Assembly (NCBI RefSeq): GCF_023055435.1
Contig: NW_025964112.1
Span: 53,878,001 to 53,942,000, forward strand
DNA from: Haliotis rufescens
Taxonomy: Eukaryota
DNA length: 64,000 nucleotides
Direction of reading: 5' to 3'
This document shows positions 11,901 to 23,219 of this stretch, one piece after another. Position 1 is the first letter of the stretch; the number at the start of each line of letters is the position of its first letter. Made by a program: the position numbers and the translations under genes. Under the pieces are notes generated by a model. That model ran no database searches. It was not told the DNA's origin and saw only the letters and a list, made by a program, of their open reading frames with translations.

Positions 11901-14900
11901 GGCTCCACACAGTGACTGATAGTCTTGGGATGGTTTTAGCCATAGGTCATTATCTCGTGTCTTCGTATCATGACTTTAGTCTGATAACATTTGTTGGGTT
12001 TCCAACATGTCTGGTAATTCGTCCTAGTTCTCACTCACACACTCCTTACAGTAACCAGCGTTAACTTACAATGTGTTGCACGCAATGATGTGAAGTAGCA
12101 TTGTAGTATAGCTGCTGATATGTCAATGATAATGTGGTATCTTTGATGAAGAGTGAGGTTTTACGATGTTTTAACAATATTCCAGAAATTCCGCAATTCA
12201 CGGCCGGGCACGCCAGAAATAGGCTTCATACATTGTAACCATTTTAGTTGCTGAACACATACTGCGGCGCGACGAGCGAACGCTTTAACCACTATGCTAC
12301 CGCCCTTGTCATGGAAGAACATCACCCTGAAACAATACGAAATAAAATCTTGAATGACGCGTCCCGATTTTAAATGTCGAACATGAAGTTATATATCCGA
12401 CAAAATGCCATACCAGATACGTTTATACATGTAGTGTCAAATAGATGACAGGGTATACACAATCAGACGGATTGGTCGTGTTCACCAACATGCCCAGGTA
12501 TATAGCATGCCTTTCTCATTTCTTCTTTCAGGGTTCTACATAAATCGTATCATGTGTCATAACAGGTAAGAATCCCTTGGCATGTGATTCCATAAGCTAC
12601 AAATAAAGAGATTTCCTTTACCAAGCGCCAACATATTAACGTGAATGTTTAACAGGTCAGCGTCTGGCGTAATGCCTCATGGCAAATAGATAGCTTAAAT
12701 GATAGGAAATGGGAAACTGATAGAGAAATTTGCAATGACACGAGTCTCTGATCATGCGATAGGGCGTGGAATGGTGGAGACATCTAGAGCCAGCTGACTG
12801 CCATTTATCCAGTATTTATTTAGGCGTACCTAATGTACAATGACACAGTACCACTTTGGGAACATGTTTCCGGGGAGGTGGTTCCGGCCACCTGACATCA
12901 CCTGTACGTGGAGTCAGCGCCTCCACGTCCTCCTCCATCACGGGGGGCAACAGGGGGGTGGCAGTTGGACACAAGGGGGCAGCTGACTCGGGAGAACCCG
13001 CAACAAGGTGATCACACAAGTCGTATATCATACAAACTAACTGGGGGCTGTCTGCATCAGTGCGAACAGCGTTAAGGGAGGCGAGCAAATGTCGGGAATG
13101 TCAATAACAAAAAGTAGCACTTTTTTATCATGCGGATCCGCCTTCTCCACAGATTAAAAAATGGAGAAAACAACAGTATTTTTACCCCGCTAAGCACTTC
13201 AGTTAAATGTATGGCCTGTTTGGTTCGTCTGTAACAGCACTACGTCTAGCAAACAGTTTAAAGGATGGGAAACAGAAAAGCTTAAGATATATTTACTTGA
13301 ACGATGGATTAGTTACCCAAGTTGACATTTGCACAACATATATACACTGTGGCTGACTACAAGTTCCGACCCGTGAAGATCCGGGGTAGAATAGGTCTTC
13401 AGCAACCCATGCTTGCCGTAAAAGGCGACGATGCTTGTTGTAAGAGGTGACTAACGGGATCGGGTGGTCAGGCTCGCTGACTTGGTTGATGCATGTCATC
13501 GTATCCCAATTGCGTGGATCGATGATCATGATGTCAATCTCTGGACTGTCTGGTCCAGACTCGAATATTTACAGACCGCCGTCATATAGCTGGAATATTG
13601 TTGAGTGCGGCGTTAAACAACAAACAAACCAAACCAAAACATGTTCAAAGAAAATCATCATGATAAAGAATCAGAAAGAGGGCTTCACTCAAACCTCTAA
13701 ACGTGTCCTTTAGAAGCATCTTTTGCCCTTTCCATGTACGTCATGATTTTATCATGTCGACTTAAGAACTAGCACAGTTCACTGGATCATTGTTAGTTGT
13801 TATTCCTTTACCGATAGCATTCATTACAAGGTTTAATTATTTTGAAACCTGGAACTTCATATTCAAGGGAAGTCTTCTTAAACCGATTAAAACAACAACG
13901 TAATTGTTATTCTGTGATGCATGTCGATATTTCACAGTTGGCTCAGAATGGCGTTTCCTTTACTCGCGGTTATGACAACAGTTTCATTAGTCCAGACAAA
14001 CGAAGGACAACTGAGCTGGAATTCCTATCAGATCTGGACACCTTCACGCAGAGGCATGGAGCCAGTGGGATTATAGTCTCACCCTCCTCTAGTAGGAATT
14101 CCGACCACCCTCCACCTTTTCCATCCTGAGGCATCTAACAGGGCACCGGGGTCTTGATCCGATCCCGCGACAGGTGCTCGCTATCCCGGGGGTGCAGCTA
14201 CACTCCTCTGGGGCTACTCCGACAATTACACGGGGTAAGATGATAGGTAGACAAATAAACTCTAACTATTCAAGATTATCGAAGGTAGAATGCCCAATGT
14301 TTTGAAAGGTCGGGAAAACAATATCCTTAGGCTCAGTGTTACTGATAGGGTCAAATGTTGACCACATTGTCCATTGCCATATGGCAAAAGATGAACGTAG
14401 AACATGTGCCACCACAGTAAGTGAGGAAATGATCGAAGATACGGCATATAATGCCAGGTTTTCAAGACAGATTCAACCCGTGAAGATCCGGGTTAGAATA
14501 GTTCTTCGGCAACACATACTTGCTGTAAGAGGCGACTTTGCTTGTCGTAAGAGGCGAAGAGGCGACTATCGGGTTCACGCATACCTCCAAAAGTACCCAG
14601 CAACAATTTGGGCAATAAGCTGACACTCCGTGACCTTCTGTTCAAAGCGGCGTAAAACCCACTCACTCACTCACTCTTTCTATGAAACTATATTTATCCG
14701 TCGACCCGCTACTATACAGCTAATCTTAAATTGTGTTTAAAGCCTGACAGGCGTTGAATGAATTTCATATTTTGGCACCTTATTCCACATGTCAAAGAGA
14801 AAGGCAACTTACTGAGAACCGAACACGCCAAGCATGTTAAGAGGGCAGTGCACTGAATCTAAGGACACGCAATGCCTGTTTTCGCTGTGGCACGGGGGAT

Positions 14901-17238
14901 TAAATGTCTGCAGACAACTGAAGTCACGACTGACTTGACCTGTATGGCAGCCCCACCTGCTGTGCGCATGCGTTGTCACACGTTACGTGATCTGCATGTT
15001 CTCAAATATCCAGTGTTGACTCAGTAAACAGGCATCAACTCTCTATGAAAACATTATTTGGACAGAGCATTGCAGTTACGTACCACGCACACGTTAAGCT
15101 GAAGAATGTTATCATGGTTATATTTTAGTCGAACTCCTGACTGCAATGATCCGAATCCTTGACTTGATGTAGTCCTGGGTGCCGTTGTTCAAAACAACCT
15201 CAGCACTACTACTGTCGTCAGTCTATGTTAAAGCATGGGCTTATGACCACGTTAGAGCTAAGATCGCTTTGTACAACGGCACCATGCGCAGACTTACGTC
15301 ATCCTACGATGGGCGTCACTCACCCAGTGCAGAGTTTCCGCCAGATGATATGCCAATGTATATTGTTGTTGTTGTTTTTGTTGTTTAACGCCGCACTCAG
15401 CAATGTTCTAGCTACACGACGGCGGTCTCTAAATAACCGATTCCTTTTGGAGGTTTGAGTCAAGCCTTCTTTCTGATTCCTCATCATGAGGAAGGATTTG
15501 ACCCAAGATGATTTTCTTGGAACATGTTTTGGTTTGGTTTGTTTGTTGTTTAACGCCGCACTCAGCAACATTCCAGCTATATGACGGCGGTCTGTAAATA
15601 GTCGAGTCTGGACCAGGCAATCCAGTGATTGACATAATGATCATCAATTTACGCAATTGGGATACGATGACATACATCAACCGAGTCAGCGAGCTTTACC
15701 ACCCGATACCGTTAGTGGCCTCTTACGACAAGCATAGTCGCTTTTCAAGGCAAGCATGGGTTGCTGAAGACCTATTCCACCCTGGATCTTCACGGGTCAT
15801 ATTGCCCATGTATTAACTATAACAGTATAATAACAATCATATTTCCCGTGTTACTACAGTATGATAATAATAATAATAGGAATACTGCCCTGTAACAACG
15901 GTGTGGTAACACGTATATTTGAATGACGACATATCTGTGTTACTATCCCTGTGATATTACGATATGACAACACGATGTGATGGCACCTGTTGTTACTGCA
16001 TTATGATACCACGTATTGTACATATGCATTGTATCTCGGTGAATATTTTTTGCACTGTGATCATTTATATTTCCCTTACGGTATCTACGTGTGGTAACAC
16101 GTTGCCCTTATGATACAATGGTATGGTATGGTAACACATATTCCTTATTTGTGAAACCATGATACGGTAACATGTATATTGTCCTTGTGGTACTGCGGCC
16201 TGACACTGTGTATGCACGTGTTACACAATAATTACCGCCCCACCCCCTTTATATTATCATGAAATAGCCATGTGATACTTATAATATTATAGCCTGGCTG
16301 TATTAATCCCGTATACAATCTATATGGTAAATATCTAAATTTACCTTTATTATTTTGGTGAAAGTACCCACTTTAATTCCTTTCGGGATCGGGGCACGGG
16401 TGGCCAAGTCTTCTTAGAGTAGCTGTGCAGATTTGCCCGTGGGTACACCATGAGAAACTTATGATTGTGGGTTCGAATCCCGCACCATAATCCTGCTCTT
16501 GTTTCACCAGAGTGGTAAGCGTCTGAGACATTCACCACTTCGGGCTTAACCCCCACATTAAACTGACACGCCGTGATAAACTGGAATACTGTTAAAAGAG
16601 GAGTTAAACCCAACTCATTCACTCATTTCGTTGGCTATTGGTATGACAATACCACCTTACCTTCATATTACGATACCATAGACATGTCTACCTTGATATC
16701 ATTCGATATCTATAACACGCTATTGTTCGTATCCATGAAAAAATGTATATGAGCACATGTAGAAAGTGGATATATTGCCATAACATTTAGGTGGAAATCA
16801 AAACCAGGAATGTTCCAAGAATTCTCCAGGAGTAATGTGAGGGGGTGGGGTGCGTTACGGGGCAGCTGGCGCTGGTTGTCGGGAATGACACGGGAGATGG
16901 GAGAGAGAGTTGCCGAGGGAAGGAAGTGATCACTTTCAATGATTCAGATATCCCATGGCTGTATCCCATATCCGAGTCACGTGACTCCATCCAGACGTCA
17001 GCTGGTGTCTGGCCCAGGTAACCTATCTGAATGTGAACTGACAGACCGCACGGGCATCGCGTGTTGAACGAAAGGGTACATAGTGCCGATAAAATGTATT
17101 CTAGTGTACACCAAATGATATCGTGTAATTTGTTATTAATGTACCTGGGAAAATAAAGATAGGCAGTGTGCCAATTATATCTTTTTTCTTCATCAATACA
17201 ACAGCAGCTACGTGTACAGTGTCAGCTCCGGTAGACAG

Positions 17239-17298
<60 letters not shown>

Positions 17299-20200
17299 GT
17301 ACACGTACACGTACACGTACACGTACGTACATGTTTTATTGTACGATAAACAACTCCCACTCGTCGTTTATTTCTTTAAAACACACATATGTTGGGTTTG
17401 AATGTACATGATCGGGTTGACAGGTACATCTGTAGGTAAAAGGGTATATACTCTCCCAAAAATGAAACGCACAGTCGATTTTCTTTATAAAAAATCAGCA
17501 TATTTCGCCAAAAATGTTGATAAAGTTACTTATTTCCTTAATGTTACCAAACAGTGTTTTCTGGTTGGATAACATCAGCCAAACGCGACGTGTGGTGATT
17601 TTTTGACATTCAAACGGGATTTTTGTCGAAATTGTCACGAAATAACTGGAAATAAAATTTCGGGGAATTAGAGGGTTGGGCTGTAGGTATAAAAGGGTGG
17701 CCTTCTTTCGATAAACTGTCTACTGTTGTCGATATGCCACCGTCAGACACTGCAACTCGAAATAACGCAATCGGGTGTTTGGAGGCTGGAGAGTTTCAGA
17801 AGTCATTTTAACAGCCACCACACATTCCGGTTCGTAAACAACATGGATTTCATCGTGCAGATTTCGGTCGACTGCACGATTTGCAAAACAGGTGTACCGC
17901 CAACTGGCAAATTCTTTCGTGCTTTTAATCAAAGTTCTCACGTAGTTTGATGCACTGAGCGGAGTAAGATCCATTTTATTACAATATTGATCTTGATCAT
18001 CGAGCAGATCGTCTTGACTAGGCGTCGCCTTTTTATATGAAGCAAATGAAATGGATATGTGAATGAAGGAATCTGATTGGTCAATTAGGGGAACATAGAA
18101 GGGACATGACTCGTAATACCCACTGGTGGCGCTACGATCGAGCCTGGAAATTCCAGGCTAGTTCGGCAAGGGTGGAAACTGGACTTTTACAGTCAGTTAA
18201 CGCCCTTTTCTCGGGAAGATGCCGCAAACAATACGAAATCGTCTTTGGGAGATTGGACTAGTCTATGACGTTATCACCGACGTTTACGTGTTCGATGGTG
18301 TGTGAACATTCGATCGTGTGCATCTATATCCTACACCCTAAGTACCAACCTGGGGCAATTTGACACCATCAGGTTACTGACCCTCAACGAGAGTGAGTGA
18401 GTGAGTATGAATTTACGCCGCTTTTAGCAATATTCCAGCAATATCACGGCGGGGCTCAACGAGAGATTTCTCAGCAGGACAGCGCGATGTCAATATGGAT
18501 TTCCTACAGAATCTGAACATTACTGTGCTTCCATGGCCATGAAGATTGCCCGATTAAACCAAAATTGAACATCTATGGTATGAACTCCATCTCCGTATGC
18601 GACATTATGAGTTATGGATATTATGAGTTATGTCCCTTCTGAGCCTCCCCTATGGACCAATCACGTTCCATCATTTGCATTTGTTTCAAACAAAATGGCG
18701 GCGCCCAGTCAAGACGATCTGATCGATAATCAAGATCTATATTGTGACAAACGGGTCTTACATCGCGAAGTGCATCAAATAACGAGAGCACCTTATTAAA
18801 AACATGAAAAGGTTTGGAAAATATCTGTTGACAACGAGTTGACGGTGCACATGCTTTGCAAATCCTGCAATCGACCGAAATCTGCATGACACTTTACGAA
18901 CCGGATTTCGATTTCGTTGCGCGATTTTGATTGGACTATGCATAGACTCGTTAGTCCAGCCAAAATGTAACTCCATAATACCAGCCTAGTTCGGCAAGGG
19001 TAGAAACTGGACTTTTATAGTCAGTTTACTCTCTTGCCTCGGGAAGATGGATCTAGCACTGCATACAGGTTCTATTAGAAACTTCTTATCTGCCCTTAGA
19101 TTTGCATGTGCTGAGTCGTAGAGTTTAAGGCGAGTATAATTTCCGGAGCGTACACTTGACGCACTTCCTGTGACGTACTTCAGTTGACGTACACATGGAC
19201 GCGGCCTGCTCCATACAAAGGGACAGACACCGTACATTACACCACGTGAGATTGTCTTCACTGACAGAAGCATCGCCAAATAAATCCCCCCAAAACGCAT
19301 GTTCTTAATATAAACAGAAGTTTAGTTTTGTGAAAACAAAGGAGAAATCTATGTCGTTGAAAATACACAAGTAATGTGACGTTGTGGTAATTGGCAACAT
19401 AGTTCACGGTGTAATTGGAACACGTTACATTACGCTGTTCTCGAGCATACGTGTGTTTGTAAAAAATATGTACGTTTGTTTCTTTGCTGTTTAACGCCGG
19501 ACTCGACAATATTCCAGCTATGTGACGGCGTAATTTTTTTGCGTCATATCTCCAGTGGGATGTTTGAATAAGACGTTAACCACTCTGGTGAAACCCATGT
19601 CTCACTAATGTCAACCAAGGACAAATAGATTCGAACCCATGGTCATCGAATCCTGCCACGTCTACGGGACGTAACCATTTATCGTGTATTACGGCAACTA
19701 CGACTACCAGGCTGCTCAGAACTGGCTCGAACATCAGGTACGAACTAAATCCGACACCTAGGGAGGAATGCATGTAGGTCAATGACGTATGTGAGCTAAA
19801 ATATACTCGAGTATTTACCAACGATAATTCCTCGAGTATTCGCCATTGATAATTCCTGTCAGATTCGACCGTATAAGAGACTGAAGTGTCACATGTCGTG
19901 AGCGTTTACCAGTTTGGTCAACTACGAAAGCCTGATGGCGCCACTTTGGTAGCACAATTTACTTTGTTTAAATAGTAATTTCTTTTTATTTCAATTATGT
20001 TTATTTCTTTCGAAATTTCGATTATTTTCTCCACAATTTAAGTTTATTAAAAAACTCGAAATTACGCTTTTTTTCTCCTTATTTAAATTATTTTTCCGTA
20101 ATTTCTATAATTTTCTTGAAATAACGAGAAAATAATCGAAATTACGAGAAAATATGGAAGTAAGGAGAAAAACTCGAAATTTCGAAACAAATTATTAAAA

Positions 20201-22102
20201 TAACGATAACGATTTGAAAAAAATAATACAATTTTGCTACTAAAGTGGCACCATTAGGTGTTCTTATCTGACAGGCCAAGGATCACAAGAGTTCTTCTTC
20301 TTTGATATGACCAAGGTCAGGGTTGGTTAAATCTCGGTAGGATAAGTTGGAATATATCATCTGTCCTCACCTGTTCAGAAGAAGGGTGGAAGAGCCAAGA
20401 GGAAAAACTTTCTATGGTTGCTGAGGCCCCGTGTCGATTTTCCACAGTCATCTTGTCACACTTACATGCACGCAGGCGGGGATTAAAAGCCCTCTACGGC
20501 CTAACAGGTAGCATGGATTGTATATTTCCCAGTGAGCTGAGAATGTAATTGTAATGCACCCTGGTCCATGAACCGTGATAATGATGTCTGGTGATTTTAG
20601 CGTAGGGTAACGATCAATCATTTGGTGATGTTTGATAGACAGTAACAGTAGGTAGGAAAAAGTCTCACCTGCCCCGATACAGTAATAGTAGGTAGGAAAA
20701 AGTCTCACCTGCCCCGATACAGTAATAGTAGGTAGGAAAATGTCTCACCTGCCCCGATACAGTAATAGTAGGTAGGAAGATGTCTCACCTGTCGTGATAC
20801 AGTAATAGTAGGTGGGAAGATGTCTCACCTGTCCCGATACAGTAATAGTAGGTAGGAAGATGTCTCACCTGTCCCGATACAGTGATAGTAGGTAGGAAGA
20901 TGTCTCACCTGTCGTGATACAGTAATAGTAGGTGAGAAGATGTCTCACCTGTCGTCATAAGTGATAGTAGGTAGGAAGATGTCTCACCTGCCCCGATACA
21001 GTAAAAAGTAGGGAGGAAGATGTCTCACCTGCCCCGATACAATAATAGTAGGTAGGAAGATGTCTCACCTGTCGTGATACAGTAATAGTAGGTAGGAAGA
21101 TGTCTCACCTGTCGTGATACAGTAATAGTAGGTGAGAAGATGTCTCACCTGTCGTCATAAGTGATAGTAGGTAGGAAGATGTCTCACCTGCCCCGATACA
21201 GTAAAAAGTAGGGAGGAAGATGTCTCACCTGCCCCGATACAGTAATAGTAGGTAGGAAGATGTCTCACCTGTCGTGATACAGTAATAGTAGGTAGGAAAA
21301 TGTCTGACCTGCCCCGATACAGTAATAGTAGGTAGGAAGATGTCTCACCTGTCGTGATACAGTAATAGTAGGTGAGAAGATGTCTCACCTGTCGTGATAC
21401 AGTGATAGTAGGTAGGAAGATGTCTTACCTGTCGTGATACAGTGATAGTAGGTAGGAAGATGTCTCACCTGTCGTGATACAGTGATAGTAGGTGGGAAGA
21501 TGTCTCACCTGCCCCGATACAGTAATAGTAGGTGGGAAAATGTCTCACCTGTCGTGATACAGTAATAGAAGGTAGGAAGATGTCTCACCTGCCCCGATAC
21601 AGTAAAAGTAGGGAGGAAGATGTCTCACCTGTCGTGATACAGTAATAGAATGTGGTAAGATGTTTCACCTGTCGTGATACAGTAATAGTAGGTGGGAAGA
21701 TGTCTCACCTGTCGTGATACAGTAATAGTTGAGAGTAAGTGACTCACCTGTCGTGATACAGTAATAGTAGGTAGGAAGATGTCTCACCTGTCGTGATACA
21801 GTAATAGTAGGTAGGAAGATATCTCACCTGTCATGATGCTGTAAAAGTAGGTAGGAAGATGTCTCACCTGTCATGATGCTGTAGTAGTTGGGGTAGGACG
21901 TTGTGGGGAAGTCGGGCTGTAGGTACTCGGCTCGCACCCCAGCACGCATGATTCGACGGAATCCACCCTCCCCAAACCCGTCATAGTCCAGGTAGTCCCA
22001 TCTCATGCCGTCCACCAACAACACTATGAGCTTCTGGGACTCGCATTGCAGGAGAGTGGGGAGCGTTGCGAAGAATAGCACGAGTGCGAGGCCTCGCGCC
22101 AT
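2509..22102 (-). CDS. ENPP6: ENPP6-like glycerophosphocholine cholinephosphodiesterase, 7 exons, 437 aa
   Basis: Exons 22102-21868, 8464-8316, 7555-7387, 6855-6560, 5271-5131, 4560-4446 and 2717-2509 total 1314 nt, all GT-AG with consistent phases. Signal peptide MARGLALVLFFATLPTLLQC; motifs [42 protein letters not shown] (Ser nucleophile as in ENPP6), D..GH, SDHGM, HGYDN. The C-terminal SSSG plus hydrophobic tail resembles a GPI signal. Confidence 0.9.
2744..2972 (-). repeat. (AAT)n microsatellite interrupted by a family-A SINE (~2783-2912)
   Basis: aat arrays on both sides of a partly deleted SINE copy. Confidence 0.85.
3216..3771 (-). mobile_element. Cluster of SINE fragments (family A 3216-3335 fused to family B 3336-3476; family B 3565-3771)
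   Basis: Direct similarity to the full-length copies at 26080 and 13368. Confidence 0.8.
4052..4220 (-). mobile_element. SINE family A (tRNA-Asp-like head, (ACTC)n tail)
   Basis: A box TAGCxxAGTGG, GTCAC anticodon-loop remnant, B box GGTTCGATTCC; near-identical to the 33625 copy. Confidence 0.9.
4446..4560 (-). CDS. ENPP6: ENPP6-like exon 6
   Basis: tttcag|PKYPHF...QGTHGYDNTEPDMRGIFIATGP|gtgcgt. Confidence 0.88.
4570..4717. other. Assembly gap (148 N) in ENPP6-like intron 5
   Basis: Run of N. Confidence 0.99.
5131..5271 (-). CDS. ENPP6: ENPP6-like exon 5
   Basis: LYGKL...LKVYKKEDIPERWYLKNGRLTPPLLAVADIGWTILI|gtgagt. Confidence 0.9.
5355..5521 (-). mobile_element. SINE family A, degenerate
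   Basis: gtgagtgagt tail, gaatcgaacccggg B-box complement. Confidence 0.7.
6227..6472 (+). mobile_element. SINE-like family B, 5'-truncated
   Basis: ggtcttcagcaacccatgc...gcggcgttaaacaacaaaccaacc. Confidence 0.85.
6560..6855 (-). CDS. ENPP6: ENPP6-like exon 4
   Basis: IYYELADKYGHRSGP...VNIMIASDHGMT...IWPRPGRLEQ. Confidence 0.9.
7097..7262 (-). mobile_element. SINE family A
   Basis: Full-length match to the consensus. Confidence 0.9.
7282..7386 (+). mobile_element. SINE-like family B 3' fragment abutting the exon-3 donor
   Basis: ggattgtctggtctggactcg...gcgacgttaaacaacaaccaaaccaccaaac. Confidence 0.7.
7387..7555 (-). CDS. ENPP6: ENPP6-like exon 3
   Basis: [22 protein letters not shown]...ADFA; tacag| acceptor, |gtttgg donor. 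Confidence 0.88.
7888..8040 (-). mobile_element. SINE family C 3' part (a related fragment lies at ~6920-7040)
   Basis: Reverse complement of the 3' half of 47771-48050. Confidence 0.7.
8055..8315 (+). mobile_element. SINE-like family B abutting the exon-2 donor
   Basis: Full-length copy; the (caaa)n tail runs into exon 2. Confidence 0.88.
8316..8464 (-). CDS. ENPP6: ENPP6-like exon 2
   Basis: [15 protein letters not shown]...HWWDGGDPFWITATRQ; cag| acceptor, |gtttgt donor. Confidence 0.9.
9052..9200 (-). mobile_element. SINE family A, degenerate
   Basis: Similarity to the consensus. Confidence 0.75.
9958..10216 (+). mobile_element. SINE-like family B
   Basis: gacccgtgaagatccggggtagaatagg...(aaac)n. 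Confidence 0.88.
12151..12305 (-). mobile_element. SINE family A, degenerate
   Basis: gacgagcgaacgctttaaccact and tail similarity. Confidence 0.65.
13368..13640 (+). mobile_element. SINE-like family B (reference copy)
   Basis: Full length, duplicated hairpin module, (caaa/ccaaa)n tail. Confidence 0.88.
15177..15284. mobile_element. Small MITE-like inverted repeat
   Basis: ggtgccgttgttcaaa ... tttgtacaacggcacc. Confidence 0.5.
15530..15797 (-). mobile_element. SINE-like family B
   Basis: Reverse complement of the 13368 copy. Confidence 0.88.
16390..16625 (+). mobile_element. SINE family C (tRNA-Leu-like head)
   Basis: gggtggccaagtc...gtgggttcgaatccc...ctgacacgccgtgata...aaacccaactcattcactc; similar to 47771. 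Confidence 0.8.
17241..17330. repeat. Compound microsatellite (AC)n(GC)n(GTACAC)n
   Basis: About 90 bp of alternating purine-pyrimidine. Confidence 0.95.
17478..18221 (-). mobile_element. MITE family D, partial copy (one TIR)
   Basis: Reverse complement of most of 25295-26497; ends ...cgggaagatg. Confidence 0.8.
18383..18464 (-). mobile_element. 5'-truncated family-A SINE with target-site duplication ctcaacgagag
   Basis: ctcaacgagag|tgagtgag...cacggcgggg|ctcaacgagag. Confidence 0.8.
18605..19049 (-). mobile_element. MITE family D, partial copy (one TIR)
   Basis: Reverse complement of most of 30466-30980. Confidence 0.8.
19923..20268. mobile_element. Palindromic MITE-like element
   Basis: cctgatggcgccactttggtagcacaatt ... 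aattttgctactaaagtggcaccattagg; the T-rich left and A-rich right interiors carry inverted tcgaaatt motifs. Confidence 0.7.
20638..21895 (-). repeat. 40-bp minisatellite (~31 units) derived from the ENPP6 exon-1/intron-1 junction
   Basis: Unit on the - strand: GTGAGACATCTTCCTACCTACTATTACTGTATCACGACAG. Confidence 0.95.
21868..22102 (-). CDS. ENPP6: ENPP6-like exon 1
   Basis: ATG at 22102, signal peptide, DGMRWDY and [11 protein letters not shown], donor AG|GTGAGA. Confidence 0.9.
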
Positions 22103-22142
22103 GCTGGGCCGAGACTGGCCGGTTGCTGTGGAGGCGCTGGGA

Positions 22143-22180
22143 GGAGTGAGGCTACAGTAGTCTTGTGCTCGCTTTAAAAA
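22143..22180 (-). promoter_or_regulatory. Candidate core promoter (TATA-like TTTAAAG about 31 nt upstream of an Inr-like TCACTC) of the ENPP6-like gene
   Basis: Motif spacing only; the putative +1 at 22147 lies 45 nt before the ATG. Confidence 0.3.
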
Positions 22181-22699
22181 CTTTCCCCTGCGTGATCGAA
22201 ATATAAACTCATCCTGTCGTTTAAAAACCGTCTGTTTGCGTAGCGAGCAGGCTCTATATGTTATAGGTAACATTGAAATATGATTACAGAGGATGTGTGC
22301 TTTTTTAAACAGGATCTTGTCTCTGTATATGGTCACTGCCTAGTGAGGTTCCAGGTCTGGAAATGAAATATAAACACTGAACTATGAAACTAAAATATAC
22401 ATGTGGGAGGTTGTATTCTTTTTAGACAAACACTTAGACTATGAAAACATTTCCTTAAAATAAGTGTAATCTATATTTTTAAAAAGAACCTTTCCTCCCC
22501 TGCTGCTTTCATATAGAACATAAACATTTTAATTTTTGCTTATTGAAAATGTTTTTTTTCTAAAGATTGACGTGCATGATTCAAATATATATATATGAGT
22601 TTTCAGTTTCTAAAGACAGAATATCAATGGTAAATTTAGATATGGTTAAACGAACAATCATTGGCACACGTGGTCAGGTGAACAATATTATTTGTTTTT

Positions 22700-22962
22700 T
22701 GATGAACCAAATTGATTTGTCTAGATGAACAGCCAATTATAATATAGATTGGTCTGGGTGAACAACTCATGATAAATTCAACTGGATGAACAACTAATGA
22801 TAGATTTGACTGGATGAACAACCAATTATAGATTTGACTGGATGAACAACCAATTATAGATTTGGCTGGATGAGCAACTAATGATAGATTTGACTGGATG
22901 AACAACTCATGATAGATTTGTCTGGATGAACAACCAATCGTAGATTTCGATAGATGAACTGT
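22700..22962. repeat. ~28-bp minisatellite (atagatttgactggatgaacaaccaatt)
   Basis: About 9 degenerate tandem units. Confidence 0.85.
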
Positions 22963-23219
22963 CAAGAGTTGATCAGTAGCTAGATATACTCAAATATGAC
23001 AGATTTTGTAGCTTAGCAGCATTACAACACCGCCTTCTTTATAGAACGTCTAGGAACCTAAACGTACAAAAGTAACTGATTATATTTCGTGAATGATATT
23101 TGGTCGATAGGGAGCTTTAATTCCGCCAAGCAACCCACAAGACATGATAGAATTGGTGTTTGTGTAATCAATACATTCATGTTATGTTGACTACGGTGAC
23201 CATTAACTGGTACCACAGC

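Noticed and set aside
12816-13088. 90-aa GC-rich ORF in ENPP6 intron 1
   Set aside because: No recognisable homology or splice context, and it is not needed for the ENPP6 reading frame.
16790-17020. GC-rich exon-like segment (tttag|...cccag|gtaacc) antisense in ENPP6 intron 1
   Set aside because: All three frames contain stops and I recognise no domain; at most a pseudo-exon.
22103-22336. N-terminal extension of ENPP6 suggested by the ORF track
   Set aside because: It starts at a non-ATG codon; the ATG at 22102 directly begins a signal peptide and gives a family-typical length.
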